A stretch of DNA of 64,000 nt from the human T2T-CHM13v2.0 reference genome, Homo sapiens, in assembly GCF_009914755.1 (NCBI RefSeq), contig NC_060935.1. One strand, 5' to 3'. Under the pieces are notes generated by a model. It worked only from the letters and a program-made list of their open reading frames with translations. It did not search any database and was not told the DNA's origin. Position numbers and translations under genes: made by a program. This document shows, in pieces, positions 13,691 to 29,790 of the stretch. Position 1 is the first letter of the stretch. Each line of letters starts with the position of its first letter.

Positions 13691-14278
13691 GTGAGTGCAC
13701 AGATGGTGAATGGATTAATGAATAGAAATGCAAATGAAAAAATAGCACAGTAATAGCAATAATAACCCTCATGGACTGCTTACCCTGAGCCAGGCATTAT
13801 TTTAAACTATTCAATTCTCACAACAGCCCTATGAGACAGATAATATTATTTTCTCCGTTGAACAGATAAGAAAACTGAGATATAAAGTTATGAAGTGACT
13901 TAGACAAGGCTACAGAGCCAGTAAGAGGAAGAGTTATGTATGACTCAAACCCCCAAGCCTGCACTCTGAACCTCTCTTCTCTATGACTGCTCTGAAGCAG
14001 TCTGGTGAAGCTTGGTTTAGTGCTGAGTTCTGGGATCATAAAGCAAGGACTGAATTCCAATTCTGGCCACTTGCAAGATGGTGACTCTGGGCAACTGATT
14101 TCACTACTGCAAATCACAGTTTTTCATCCATAACATGAAGACAGTAGTATCACCTCCATCACGGGGTCATATGTAGATTAATAAGTCAGGGAAAGCACGT
14201 AGCACAGTGCCCAGTACATAGTATTGCTAGATAATTTTGTTTTTAATGAATTACAAGACCAAGGCATAGACCCATTTA

Positions 14279-14695
<417 letters not shown>

Positions 14696-14829
14696 GAATT
14701 AAGTTGACTTTCAAACTGCAAGAGTCGAAAAAAAAAAAAGAGAGAAAGAACAAGTGCCTAGTGAAATTTTGCTTTCAAGATGGTGTAGACAAAGGGATGG
14801 ATTTAGATTGAAGTAAATATATGAAAATT

Positions 14830-15430
14830 CTAGTAATTAGCGATTCCTTCTGAAGAGTGTGGTATGGAAAGGGAAGGAAAGAATAACCTTGCAGTGGAGA
14901 AATTCAACAAGCGCTACTCCAGCCAGCTGGCCAAGGTTAAAGTTACCGGTGATAAATCACATTGATATGATAGACGTATCATAGATAGATGGCACTTTAC
15001 CTCTAACTTCCAAAAATTCATGTACCCAGTCTAATCATGAGAAAAGTATCAGACGGACTCAAATGGAAGGACATGCTACAAAATACCTGACCAAAACGTC
15101 TCAAAAACTATCAAGTTCTTCAAAAAACAAGCCTGAGAAACTGTCCCAATCTAAAGGAATCTAAGGAGATAGGATGACTAAATGTATTGTAGTATCCTGA
15201 ATAGGATCCTGGAGCAGAAATAAGAAATGAGGTAGAAAGTAAGGAAATGTGAATAAAGTATGGACTGTGGTCAACAATACTGTATCAATATTGCTTCATT
15301 CGTTGTTGACAAATGTGCCATACTAATGTAAGCGATTAACATTAGGGGAAACTAGGGGTGAAGTACAGGAGAACTCTCTGTACCATCATTTCAGCTTTTC
15401 TGTAAATCTAAATCTATTCTAAAAAAGAGT
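14830..15430 (+). mobile_element. Old L1 (L1MC-like) 3' fragment
   Basis: gtatcaatattgcttcatt..gaactctctgtac..ctgtaaatctaaa motifs; boundaries approximate. Confidence 0.55.
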
Positions 15431-15828
15431 ATTGGCTTTCAAAATGCTAGTAGTTGATCTGGTGGTGAGATTACAGACAATTTCTTTTCTTAGTTTTATT
15501 TGTCTGTATATTTTTAATTTTTCTTCTTTTTGAGACAGGGTCTGTCTGTGTTGCCAAGGCTGGAGTGCAGTGGCTATTCACAGGCTCGATCATAGCATAC
15601 AACAGCCTCCAACTCCTGGGCTCAAGCAAGTAAACTGAGTCTGTAGCTGGGTCTGCATTTTTCAAATGGTCTATGAGGAATACTTACTGCTTTTGACATC
15701 AGAAAAAAAATTCAATGAACATTACTTTTTAAAAAAATGAATAGATGTTAGGCTCTTTGGAGACAGTACTATATACATAAAAGTATAACTAGAATCGTCC
15801 TTGGACAGCGACTAAAACCCATTTTATC

Positions 15829-16440
<612 letters not shown>

Positions 16441-17417
16441 TTATCGCTCTGCACCCAGGGCCTGGCACTCTCCCCGGGGGAGGGCGGTGTGCTTCTGAAC
16501 CTGCCAGCATTTTTTCTATCTATGATACACTTGCTGACAGAGGTCAAAGGGCTATCCCGGGTAAGCCCACACTGCTGGCTCAAGAGGCCCCAGGCAAATC
16601 AGCCCCAGGAAAATCTCGTCCATCAGCTTCTAGGCCAAGCCTCAGCCTGCTCTGTGTCATCAGTCTGGGAGGCAGGAAGACTGCAAAGGGTTCTCAGTTC
16701 TCACCATACGAACAAAAGACAAGACGAGACTCGCCAGGAATGTGTGGTTTGTCCCAGGCACTTTGTCCTGCATCCAGACCTCAAGCAGTCAGATAAAGCT
16801 GATTCTTTATTTTTGCACTTCTTTTAAAGCTCAGGCTCAGAGAGAGAGTCCCCAGCTCACAAGAGTCAGAAGCAGGATATAAACTCTGATCTACTCACTC
16901 CAGAGCTGCCCGCAAGAAGGACACCTGTCTCTACCCATCTCGGGAATGTGCCATGACCACAGCAGATGGCTGGACTACGTTTAGGAGACAGGATGCTGGA
17001 GAAAGGAAGTGTCAAGCAGTGGGCAGCACCCTTCAGACCTCCCCTGACACCAACCACCACCACCCCAATACTGAGGGCTCCATGGACAAAGGCCAGCTCG
17101 TTCTTGGGCCCAAACACCAGTTGCAGCTCCTGGAGGATCCAGGAAACGTGGGAAACGTGGGAGAGCACCAGTGACTGCTCCCTGGGCTCCACTGCTGTTC
17201 CATTCCCAAGGGCATCCTCCATCATCCTGGTGTCCAATTCCTAGGCAGACAGGCCCTCCCCTTGCTGAGGACCTCCAAAGCAGGGGCCAGGAGAGAGACG
17301 GTGCTGAGACATTTCTCACTGTAATTGCATTGGGACCAGATCCTTTCTCTCTCTGAGAGTTGGCAACAAGAACCCCCTGGGAGGAACAACAACTCAGCTT
17401 TCTAACAGGTAGCCTTC

Positions 17418-17888
<471 letters not shown>

Positions 17889-18747
17889 TGATTGTCCAAA
17901 GTATTCCCCAATACGGGTAGCCAAAGAACTTTCAGCTATTTCCAAAATCCAAATCCAGGTTCAAAAGACCAAGACCTGCCCCTCTGAGGCTGCTCCCGAG
18001 AACCCTGGGCATAGTCTGAGAAAGGGCTGCATGGCAGACATATCATTACTTTCTCAGTTGTGTTATTGGTCAGACACCTGCCTTTAGGGTCAAAGCTTGT
18101 GTGTGTTGGCTTCCTCTCTCCCTGACTCCCAATAAAGGCTCTGAACCATTCCCCAGATGTTGGCAGAGTGTGAGACACCCTCCTCTGACTTCCCTAGAAG
18201 CATGGCCCCCTGCCTCTTCTCCCTCCCAGCACAGAGCCCCTGTGCTGGGATCAGCCCAGGCTCCATTTGTTCCTCTAATGAGTCTTAAGTATTTGGCTTG
18301 GGCTCCTGCCAGTCCTACTCCTACAGAGAGGAGGGAGTGGGAAGAATGGGACAAAGCTCATGCCAGCTCAGTTCTGCTGGGCCCTGGGCAGACTGGCACA
18401 GGGGCTGCCTGGCCCAGACCCACCCAGGGGTGCAGCCAGGAACCCATTTGAGGCCCACAGCCTTTCTTTACCCTCCACTTCAGGGGCTTCCCACAGTGCA
18501 GATTCCTGGGCATACTTCCTGGGTGGGAATCCTGGGGTGAGGCTCAGGAATGTGCATTTTTAATAAGCACCTCAGGAGATTGTGATGCATAATGAAGATT
18601 AAAAACCAGTGTTCCAGAAAGTCAATGACAGGGATTCAGGCTGGCTGGTGAAATTGTGTATATGTGCATTTTTCTAGAGTCCACAGTTGTCAAATTCTCA
18701 CATTAGGTCAATAGTCCCCATAACCCTTTAAAAGTTTTTTAAAAACA

Positions 18748-19030
18748 AGCCCGATGTGGTAGCTCACAGCCTATAATCCCAGCATTTTGGGAGGTAGAGA
18801 CAGAAGGATAGCTTGAGGCCAGAAGTTCAAGACCAGCCTGGGCAACATAGCAAGACCCCATCTCTACAGATAATTTAAAAAAATAATAACTTAGCTGGGC
18901 ATGGTGACACATACCTGTAGTCCCAGCTACTCAAGAGGCTGAGGCTCAAGGATCACTTGAACCCAGGAGCTTGAGGCTGCTGCAGTGAGCCATGATCATG
19001 CTACAGCACTCCAGCCTGGGTGACAGTGCA
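18748..19030 (+). mobile_element. Alu (AluJ-like)
   Basis: Diverged dimeric Alu (gagcttgaggctgctgcagtgagccatgatc). Confidence 0.85.
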
Positions 19031-19722
19031 AGAGGCCATCTCTAAAAAAAATTAAAAATTAAAACAAAAGGCTAAGAAGCACTAGTAAATGAGATGATTC
19101 CTAAGTTCAGTTGTAGCTCTGACCTGCCACAACTTGGTGACCCTGTTCAGGCCCCCATCAGGGCAAGCCCCCAGGATGCTCTCCTTTTACCAAATCTCAG
19201 AGAAAGACAAGGCTGGCCTTGAAAAAGGCTGGCAAGTCTGGGGGAAACCAGGATGACATAGAACTAGGCTGAGGGACAATAGGATGGCAATGGCCATGGG
19301 CTTGGGTGAGAAATGACACAGGTTAGGGGAAATTCTAGAATACCTGGGCTGAAAGGACCCTTAGATATCAATGAAGGCAAACCTCTGGCAAGAGGGGTAA
19401 ATTTTTACCAATGTCAGGTCCTCTCTCTCTGGCCACATAGCTAAACCTCATTTCTCACTCCCCTGCAGTTGGCGGAGGTAATGAGTTGAATTCTGCCCAG
19501 TGGAATGTGGATCTCTGCTATGGTCTGGATGTTTGTGTCTCCCCAAAATCCTAGCCCCTAAGGTGATAGGTTTAGGAAGTGGAGCCTTTTGGGAGGTAAT
19601 TAGGTCATGAAGGTGGAACCCTCATGAATGGGATTAGTGTCCTTACAAAAGAGACCCCAGAGAGCTCCCTTGCCCTTTCCACCATATGACAGTGAGAAGG
19701 CACTATCTATGAACAGGATGGG

Positions 19723-20084
19723 TGATATGGTTTGGCTCTGTGTCCCCACCCAAATCTCATCTTGAATTGTACTCCCATAATTCCCACATGTTGTGAAAGG
19801 GACTCAGTGGGAAGTAATTGCATCATGGGGGCAGTTTCTCCCATACAGTTCTCGTGGTAGTGAATAAGTCTCACGAGATCTGATGGTTTGATAAGGAGAA
19901 ACCCGCTTTGCTTGATTCTCATTCTCTTCTCTTGTCTGCACCATGTGAGACATGCCTTTCACCTTCTGCCATGATTGTGAAATCTCCCCAGCCACATGGA
20001 ACTATAAGTCCAACAAACCTTTCTTTTGTAAATTGCTCAGTCTCAGGTATGTCTTTATCAGCAGTGTGAGAACAGACTAATATA
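19723..20084 (+). mobile_element. THE1 solo LTR nested in the MLT1A LTR
   Basis: Starts tgatatggtttggctctgtgtccccacccaaatctc; TSD ATGGG on both sides. Confidence 0.88.
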
Positions 20085-21742
20085 ATGGGTTCATATGAAA
20101 AGGCCCTCACCAGACATCAAATCTGCCAGTGCCTTGATTTTGGACCTCCAAGCCTCCAGAACTATGGGAAATAAATGTTTGTTGTTTGTAAGCCACCCAG
20201 TTTAAGGTAGTTTGTTAGAGCAGCCCAAATGGACTAACAACAGAAAATGTGTATCAAGAAGTAGGGTGCGGCTATAACAAATATCTAAAATGTGGAAGAG
20301 GCTTTGGAATTGGGTAATGAGTAGAAGCTGGAAGAATTTTGAGATGAATGCTAGAAAAAAAAATCTACATTGCCATAAACAGACTATTAAAGGTGATTCT
20401 GGTAAGGTCTCAGAAAAGGGGTGCTATAGAGAGAGCCTCAATCTTCTTAGAGATCACCCAAGTGGTCATCAGAATGTTGGTAGAAATACAGATGGTAAGG
20501 GCTGTTCTGATGGGGTCTTAGATGAAAATGAGGAACATCTTATTGAAAACTGGAGGAGAGATGACCCTTGTTAAAAAGTGGCAAAGACATTTGGCTTTTG
20601 TTCATGTCCTACTGTTTTGTGGAAGGTAGAACTTGTGAGCAATGAAATAGGATATTTGGCTGAAGAAATTTCCAAGCAAAGTAATGAAGGTGCAACTTGG
20701 CTCTTCTTAAATGCTTATAGTAAAATGCAAGAAGACAAACTCTAAAGATGGAATTTTTCATCAAAAGAGAAGCAGAACTTAAAGATTAGGAAACGTCTCA
20801 GCCTATTTATATTGTAAAAAATGAGAAAGTGTGCTCAGGCATTTGCTACAGAGACTAGCATGAATCAGACACGCACTATTCTTCAAGACAACAGAAAAAT
20901 GGCCCCAAAGGCATTTCAGAGATTATAGGGGCTGCCCCTTCCATCACAGGCCTAGAGTGCCAGGGCCTAAGGAACAGAATGATTTCAAAAGAGGAGCCAC
21001 AGGCCCTCAGTGCTCACTGTCCAGCATCACCTCAAGGCTCTGCTCCCTGCATTTCAGTGTAGTCCTCCTCACCATCCCAAGTTCAGCTCCAGTGCCCACC
21101 CTCCTCCCACCCCTAAAGGACATAGGTGGTAAATTTTGGTGGCATCCGCATGATGCCATCTCAGCCAGTACACAGAGTATATGTACTGTGGGGACATGGT
21201 TACCTTCACCTAGATTTCAAAGATGCTCCAGAGAGCGTAAGGGGCCAGCCAAAGAACCACCGCACGGGCAGGGCCACTGTAGAAAGCCCCAACAAGGGCA
21301 ATGCCCAGGGGAGCCACGGAAGTAGGGCTACCTTACAACCCAGACCAGTGGGGCCACCAGTGTGTGATCCCAGCCCAAGATAGCTACAGGTGTACAACCT
21401 AGGCACAGAGCCTCCACAGAAAATGGGACCACAAGACAGAACTGCCATGGAGGCAGGACCACCACCCCAGTGGGTCCAGAAGACAGGACTTCTCTACCCC
21501 TGTGGACTTAAGAGGGCAGAGCCTCAAGTCAAAGATGACTATTTTCCAGCCTTAAAGTTTTGTACTTGCTAGAGATCTGTTACCCCTTCCTTCCTATTTC
21601 TTCCTTTTGGAATGAGAATGTCTATCCTATGCCTACCTACCCCACCAGTGTATTTTGGAAGCACATATTCCACATGTTCACAGCTGGAGAACATTTTGCC
21701 TCAGGATGAATTATGAATTATGCTTTGAGTCTCATCCGTATC

Positions 21743-22036
<294 letters not shown>

Positions 22037-22159
22037 TAGATAATATTAAGATGAGACTTTAGATGGGTAGAAAGCCATGGTCTGAATGTTTGTGCCCAAC
22101 ATTTGTTAAATGTTGTTAAATTCCTAACCTCTAAGGTGCTACTAGGAAGAGAGGACTTT

Positions 22160-22468
<309 letters not shown>

Positions 22469-23119
22469 TCATGAGGTTGCAGGTCTCACAAATAGGATTA
22501 GTGCCCTTATAAGAGAGGCCCCAGAGAGCTCCCTTGTCCCTTCTACCATGTATGCGAGGATGCAGCAAGAAGGCACTCTCTATAAACCACAAAACAGGTC
22601 CTCACCAGACACTGAATCTGTCAGTGCTTTGTTCTTCAGCTTCCTGGCCTCCAGAACTGTGAGAAATAGGCGTCTGTTGTTTATAAGCCATCCAAGTCTA
22701 CAGTATTTTGTTACAGCAGCCTGAATGGACTCAGAGTATCTCCCACAAAAGATTCCCCCTTTCTCCATTAGATGGGGCAGAAGACTCCAAGCCCTGAAGA
22801 TGGCCGAGCCACAACAGGGAAAGAGCCTGGGCTCTCAATGACATCAAGGTGCAGAGTGCCCCTATCACCAGCCCACCCTGGACTGTGTCATGGATGAAAT
22901 ATAAACCTTTTTGTGTTAAACTACTAAGATTTAGAGGGTGTCTGAATTCTTGATCAGCCTATTGTAAACAATATACCCTTCTCAGTGATGTCAGTAAAAG
23001 GGAAGTGACACATCCAGTGTCAGAGTGAGCCCCTGGTGGGGCAGAGTGGGAATCAGCATTTTCCAACCACAGCCTTGGAAGAGGAAATGGGCAGCCATGA
23101 CCACGTACCACCACCTGGA

Positions 23120-23568
23120 CAGCACCAATTCCCAAAAAACTTTATTTATTGTTTCAAGTGGCAAAATGTCATTGGTCTCTGTGGGGTACCTGGCGGGGCA
23201 GACGGAGACCTGGGGTGAGGCAGGGATACAGTCCCACCCATTATAAAAATCAAAGGCTTTTATAAAAAATGCTATAAATTGGTATCAAAAGAAAACCCAA
23301 GGGAGGCTGGAGGAGGAAGCAGAGAGGGAGAGGGAAGGAGGAGAGGAAGGGACAAAACCTTCAACCACTAGTGATGAAATCCAGGGAAGGGAAGGTGTGG
23401 GGGGAGTTCGGAGGGTGATACAAAGTGCATAAATGTGCCTCCCCAGACGCTCCTCAGAGGTGGAGGGGACAGAGGCTGCAGCCTGGGGCATGGTGGGGCT
23501 CCAGCCGTCTCCTCACCCAGGGACCCCACAGGAATGGGCACTGCCTGAGACTGCCAGGTGGGAAGAAC
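23120..23568 (-). other. TNKS1BP1: TNKS1BP1 non-coding terminal exon (3' UTR)
   Basis: Acceptor ttcccattgcag|GTT after a pyrimidine tract; paired donor GAG|gtgagg at 24015. Confidence 0.8.
23141..23150 (-). terminator. TNKS1BP1: TNKS1BP1 polyadenylation signal (overlapping AATAAATAAA)
   Basis: tttatttatt on the + strand at the end of the last exon. Confidence 0.85.
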
Positions 23569-24026
23569 CTGCAATGGGAAGGGAGGAAAAGACATCAGGG
23601 AAGGACACTGTGGAGGCTTCAGCTTCCTCTCCCCTACACCCATCTTGGTGCCCCCAGCTAAGCCTGGTCATGGAGCCTGGTAAGTGCCCACAGGGTCCCA
23701 GACCAGAAGGGCTGGCTGACCACTCTCCGTCCAGCCAGGGAGCATGGGGGGACTGTCCCTGAGCACAGGGAAGCAGGCCAGGATGGTAGCCCTTCTCCTC
23801 TTCCACACCAGGCCAGACAACAACCTGACCTCCCTGTGGACAAAATCTAGAGAAGCCAAGGGCCTACCGAGTCTCTGGAGCTTGGCTTCACCTGCTGTTT
23901 CTAAACTTGCACAGAAAGGGGTGGGAGCTAAGGGACAGAAGGGGCATGAGGCCTCCGAAGCCTCCAGGGCAGGCCCTCCTCAGACTGGATCCAAGCCCAG
24001 GAACCTGTCCTCACCTCAGTGACTTC

Positions 24027-24087
24027 TCAGACCTTCTTCTTCTTCAGTTTCAGGGCTTGAAGCCAGTTGGGCGACGATCCTTCTGAC
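24027..24087 (-). CDS. TNKS1BP1: TNKS1BP1 last coding exon (SEGSSPNWLQALKLKKKKV*)
   Basis: tag acceptor; TGA at 24027-24029. Confidence 0.95.
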
Positions 24088-24370
24088 CTAGGAGGCAGAC
24101 GGCAAAGGTCCAGAATGCAAACTTTGAGGAAACTGAACACAACAAGGAGACGTGATAGGGACAGAAACCACCCTCTAACCAGAAGAGGCAGTCTGGGGCC
24201 TGGCTGCAGGGACCCGAATTCTGACACCATCTTCATACCGTTCATCTGGGGCATGTCCGACTGAGGTTCCTCTTTGAGCCTCAGTTTGCCTCTTCTGTGA
24301 AGTGAGAGTTTCCCTTTTCATCAGGGTAATACAGTGAGGTCAGCGGATGCCCAGAGCTTAGGTCACCTAC

Positions 24371-24528
24371 CCTGAGGATTTCTCTGGCTTGGGAGGTAAC
24401 GTGAGGGGCTTTCCCAGTCCTGGGACCTTGCAGGATTTCGAACGCTGGACCGCGGACTCCTTCTGGCTCGACTTGCTCTCAGCCAGCTCTCCCTCCTCAG
24501 CTGAGCGATTCCGGGGGCGCAGCTTGGC
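24371..24528 (-). CDS. TNKS1BP1: TNKS1BP1 coding exon (AKLRPRN...PEKSS)
   Basis: AG/GT boundaries, 158 nt, phase-consistent. Confidence 0.95.
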
Positions 24529-25293
24529 CTGAGAAGCAAGTCCAGAAGCAGATAGATAGTAGAGGGACAGGCAGTAGGACTCTCAGGGGGTAAGACCTTA
24601 TCTCAAGAGTGTGCAGTCCCCAGAATCAAGCAGAGACCCCTCTGCAGTCCTTTCACCCCAAAGGATGGGAAGTCACTTAGAGATGCACTTCCCGCAGAAC
24701 TGAGCTATGCCTTGCACACCTTTCTGTCCTCAAAAACATATGGCAGGATTGAATTCAGACAAACTGGGTGGGACAAAGCCAGTGGTGACTTCCCACCCCT
24801 GTTCCCTCTGCCTGCAATGCCACCCCACCATCCCAGCTCCAGGAGCCAACTCCTGTGCCTGCCGCCGGCTAAGATCAAATACATACAAGAGGCCTTCTCC
24901 AATCCACCCTCCCTTCCCATCCCCCTCCACTCTGCTGTTAGGAAATAACTCCTCTCTCTCTGAACAGGCCCAGCCCTTATCTGTGCCTCTCCTCAGGGAC
25001 ACCTAAACTTCTTCTCTCATCCAGGCTAATTATGGGCATCATGTCTCCCACTGCCCCTGAGGTTCCAGGATAAGAACACATCTTGTTCTTCTTTCCATCC
25101 CATTTGGCACACAGCATAGGGCCCGGCGGGGCACAAAGGGATCTTCTGGAGCCCTCGATGGAGAGGAGAGTGAGAGGAGGAATGGGAGAGGGGGACAGGG
25201 GAATGAATTGATGGATGAAGAGAAGAAAGACAGCATGCAAGGTGGCCACCTGGCCAGATGGCTGGACATGTTTGCTTAATGATCAGATGGTAC

Positions 25294-25430
25294 CTTCAGG
25301 GCTGAGGGGCTCAGGCCAGGAAAGAGGTTGACTTTCAGCCCCTTGGTGCCCAACGACATCCGTGTCCGGCGGCTCTGAGGTTCCTCCGCTACCTCTTCAT
25401 CTGAAGATGGCACCCGAGATGCCCGTGGCT
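25294..25430 (-). CDS. TNKS1BP1: TNKS1BP1 coding exon (PRASRVPSSDEE...SALK)
   Basis: AG/GT boundaries, 137 nt. Confidence 0.95.
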
Positions 25431-25560
25431 CTGCAAAGGCCCGGGAAAGGGGCTCAGAAAAGGCAGCACACCCAGACTCCCCGAACCCATAACCCCTGCA
25501 AAAGCTTGGCCTAATGCCCTAGAGATCAAGAGACATCACCAAATAATACATCAGCCCTAC

Positions 25561-25711
25561 CTGTAGAGTCCTGGAACAGGCGTGCATCCGAGTCTGCTGC
25601 CTCCGACAGGCCCAAGGTACCCCCAGGCCGAATGACCGGGGCCCGGTGCCCACGCTTGCGCCCCAAGTTGGCACGGCTCCGATACATGGCACTGTCGAGG
25701 ATCTCGGTGTC
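25561..25711 (-). CDS. TNKS1BP1: TNKS1BP1 coding exon (DTEILDSAMY...FQDST)
   Basis: AG/GT boundaries, 151 nt. Confidence 0.95.
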
Positions 25712-25945
25712 CTGCTTGGGGCAATGGTGACACCACTGCCATTGCTGCCTCATCCCACGGGAGCCCCTCAACAGTAGCTGACCAGGAGCTGGACCCCTCC
25801 TGCAGCCGGAGCTTCACGTTCACGTGACGCACCTACAACCCGCTTTCTGCCTCCTGGACTGGGACTGCTCAGGGAAGCTCCAGGAATGGGGCTCTCGCTG
25901 CATCGCCCTCACCCACCCACTGTCATGGGCTCACCCTCCACTGAC

Positions 25946-26312
25946 CTCAATGAAGGAGAAGTCCTGACTGGGGGATCTGGCAGGAGGGCCTTGGGAGGGT
26001 CGCCGAGAAGTCTGTGCTGGCCCCTGATCGCTCCACCTGGCTGCTGAAGAGCCCCAGGTGCCATCCACGTCTTCTGTCTGGCTGGCCTCACCATCAGGCT
26101 GTGGCCTCCAGGAGGGTGGAGAGTCCCTGCCAGGCTCCAGCACCTCCTCTTGGGCAGCACCTGCCCCGGCTCCTTCCTCCTCTAACAGGCCCCCAAGGCC
26201 CGAGGCCGCTGACTCCCTCCGAGCCACCGCCTTGGAGCTGCTGGCTGCCAGCATCTCCTCCAGCAGGCCCTGGGAGCCGGAGGGTGGGGGGCGGGCCGGG
26301 CACCTGCCAGGG
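25946..26312 (-). CDS. TNKS1BP1: TNKS1BP1 coding exon containing the RPQPDG tankyrase-binding motif
   Basis: AG/GT boundaries, 367 nt. Confidence 0.95.
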
Positions 26313-27249
26313 CTGTAAAGGGGACAGAGAGAGAACGAGATCATCGTAAGGCCCCATCTCCCTGCCCTGAAGCCTACTTCACAAGCTCCTTCCCCCAGCC
26401 CCCAAACTCTCCCTTGCCCTCCTTCCCATGCTTTTTCCAGACTCCAAGGACACGGTCAGGGCCTTGAGCAACACAGCACACAGGTGAAGAGCTGAGCCAG
26501 TCTGGCAGGTTCAAATCCCTGAGACCTTGGGTGAGCCCCCTCCCCTGGAAACAGCTCAGGCTCCTCTAACTGCACGGAGTCGCTGCAAGGATGAAAGAAA
26601 AATCTAAAGCACTTAGCACAGTCCTGGTCAGCACGCACCGCAGAAGCAGCAGCCATTATTCCTGCTGCTGTTGCATGCTAGCAATGTGTTCCCTCCCAGG
26701 GCCACGTGCTCGGGCAGTCACACTCCTTGGGGTGAGCCAGGTACTGGCCCACCTGCCTCTCCGGACTCATGTTGTCTTCAGCCCCCACGTTATGCCTATT
26801 CATTCCCCAGGCTCACAGAGCAACCAGGGACCATCAGAAGACACCCGGCCCTCACATGCTGCTGGCTTTGAACGAGCTGCTCCCTCTTCTGGAAAGCTCC
26901 CCGCACCACACCATCCCTGGTGGTACTGTCCCCTTGGTTCAATTCTGCTTCCGAAGCTGCCCTGCCCCCTCCCAGCCACCATGGCCGCCTCAGCCCTACC
27001 AGCCCTGGGCTCCAATCCATGCCAGTTCCTGCTTCTTTCCTGTGGTTCTTTGTCCCCATAGCCTGTCGGTGAGCTCCTCAAGGGCAAAAACGGGGCCCTT
27101 TCTGCCTTTATGCCCCCAGCACCTGACCCAGAGCCTGGCTACGCGCCGGACTAAGCAAATGTTTGCCAAGCAAATGAGGGACTGGGTCACCTTGGACCTC
27201 CATGCAGCATATGCATCTTCTGTCTGCTGCTTCCTCAAAACACAATACA

Positions 27250-27385
27250 GCTGGACATGGGGTGCAGGGCTCACGCCTGTAATTCCAGCTACTTGGGAGG
27301 CCAGGGCAGGGGGATCACGTGAGCCCAGGAGTTCAAGACCAGCCTGGGCAACATAGCAAGACCCCATCTAAAAACAAAATACAAA
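27250..27385 (+). mobile_element. Alu monomer (FLAM-like)
   Basis: Single Alu arm. Confidence 0.75.
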
Positions 27386-27929
27386 CACGGCACAAGCACA
27401 CCACACACTCTCTCACTAACTCATACTGCCCGCCCTGTCCAGCGGCCACTTCCCAAAATGACACATTCACATTCATCACCATCACACACACTCAGGCAGA
27501 GAGCTTGTGCGCTGTTTGTCACTCCCCCAGATGGACCTCGCACCCACCACATCTACAGGCACGGCACAGAGCCACACCTGACACAAACACACGCATCCCC
27601 GCATCCCCACACCCCCACCCCACACACACACACTCATACTACGCACAGAGGTGTGGGAAAGCCTGGCACGGCAGTGCCTGGAAGCCAGGCCCCAGGTTCC
27701 CACTGGGATTAAAGCAGGAGGAGAGTGGGGCAGGTGAGTCAATACCAAGCAGGAAGAGGGGGCAGGGAGAGAGAGCATGAGTGGTAGTCTGTCCTTCCAC
27801 AAGCTGCTGACAGATGGAAATTAAAGTGGTCTGGGGAGAGACATTGGGGGAGGAGGCAGTGGCGGCAGCAGAAGTACAGCAAGGCAGCAGAATTGGGAGC
27901 AGCCCTGGCTGGGGGCCAAAGCCAGCTCA

Positions 27930-28422
<493 letters not shown>

Positions 28423-29475
28423 TCAGTGAGCTCTGGAGGTGGCCTTGAGGAGCAGAGAGTGGCGAGTGGGGAAAACCCAAGAAAGTGCAGCTACGTCCAC
28501 CCCGCCGGACTAAACCCCACTCGCCCTTCACCCCATCTTAGAAGCAGCTTTCCTACCCGTAAGCACCCAGATCATGTATAAGCTGAGCCCCTCCCGGCAT
28601 GGGAGCAGGAAAGAGGGGTAGTTAGGAACACAGGGACTGAGTCCTGCCACTCCAGGACACAGCTAGGCTCTGTCTCCTCCTATGCCTGTGGCTTTGACCA
28701 CAAGTTATTTGTCCCACTCTGAACCTCAGTTTATCTGTAAAATGGGGATAATAAAAGTACATAAACTGTTCTAGTTTGTTGGCAGAAATATGTGCCTAAC
28801 ACATAGTTAGCACTTGACAAATACAACAAATTATTAGGATAGTCATTATCATCCTCAACACGGGTCCCTGGCCAGAGAGGATGTGCCTCATCTTGTCCCA
28901 TCTACACCCTTCACCTGGTCTAAACTTTAGAGTACCCTGAGGACCAAGACGGTATCCCACCCCACCCTCCACCACTGCTCCAGAGGCAAACATGGCACTG
29001 GAACTACAAAACGTGAATATCCCAGTGTTCTGAGACCTGAAATGAGGGAGGGGTGAAGCTGGAAAGATGTGTCTAGAGAAATAGCAGCTGACCTTGACCC
29101 CAGAGAGACAGGGAGGGTGCCCAGAGAAGACTGCACGGCTTGGGCCCAGGGAGACAAGAAGAACCCACAGCCACCAGCCGTGGGAACCGGTGCAAGTCAC
29201 ACTGCCTCTCTGGGTCTCAGTTTCCCTAGTTTTTGTGAGGACCAATTAACAAAAACCCCATGAGTACTGGGAGTAAGTTACTCCCAACTTACAGACGAGG
29301 AATCGGAGGCCCGCAGAAGAGAACAAACTTGCCCAAGGTCACAGAGGTGGTGACAGAATCAGAACGCAAGCCTGGCAGATGGACCCAGAGCCAGACCCCT
29401 CTGAGCTATTCTCAAGGACTTCTCGTTACAAAGGGAACCTCCAAAATTTTCTTTAAAGAGAAAGTGCCCATAGTG

Positions 29476-29790
29476 GGCCAGGCATGGTGGCTCATGCCTG
29501 TAATCCCAGCACTTTGGGAGGCCGAGGTGGGTGGATCACCTGAGGTCTGTCTGGAGTTCAAGACCAGCCTGGCCAACATGGTGAAACCCCATCTCTGCTA
29601 AAAATACAAAAATTAGCCGGGCGTGGTGATGTGCGCCTGTATTCCCAGCTACTCAGGAGGCTGAGGCAGGAGAATCGCTTGAACCCAGAAGGCAGAGGTT
29701 GCAGTGAGCCAAGATCGCACCACTGCACTTCAGGCTGGGAGCCTGGGCGATAGACCAAGACTCCGTTTCAAAAAAAAAAAAAAAAAAAAG
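29476..29790 (+). mobile_element. Alu (AluS-like)
   Basis: Long TSD aaagagaaagtgcccatagtg on both sides. Confidence 0.93.
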
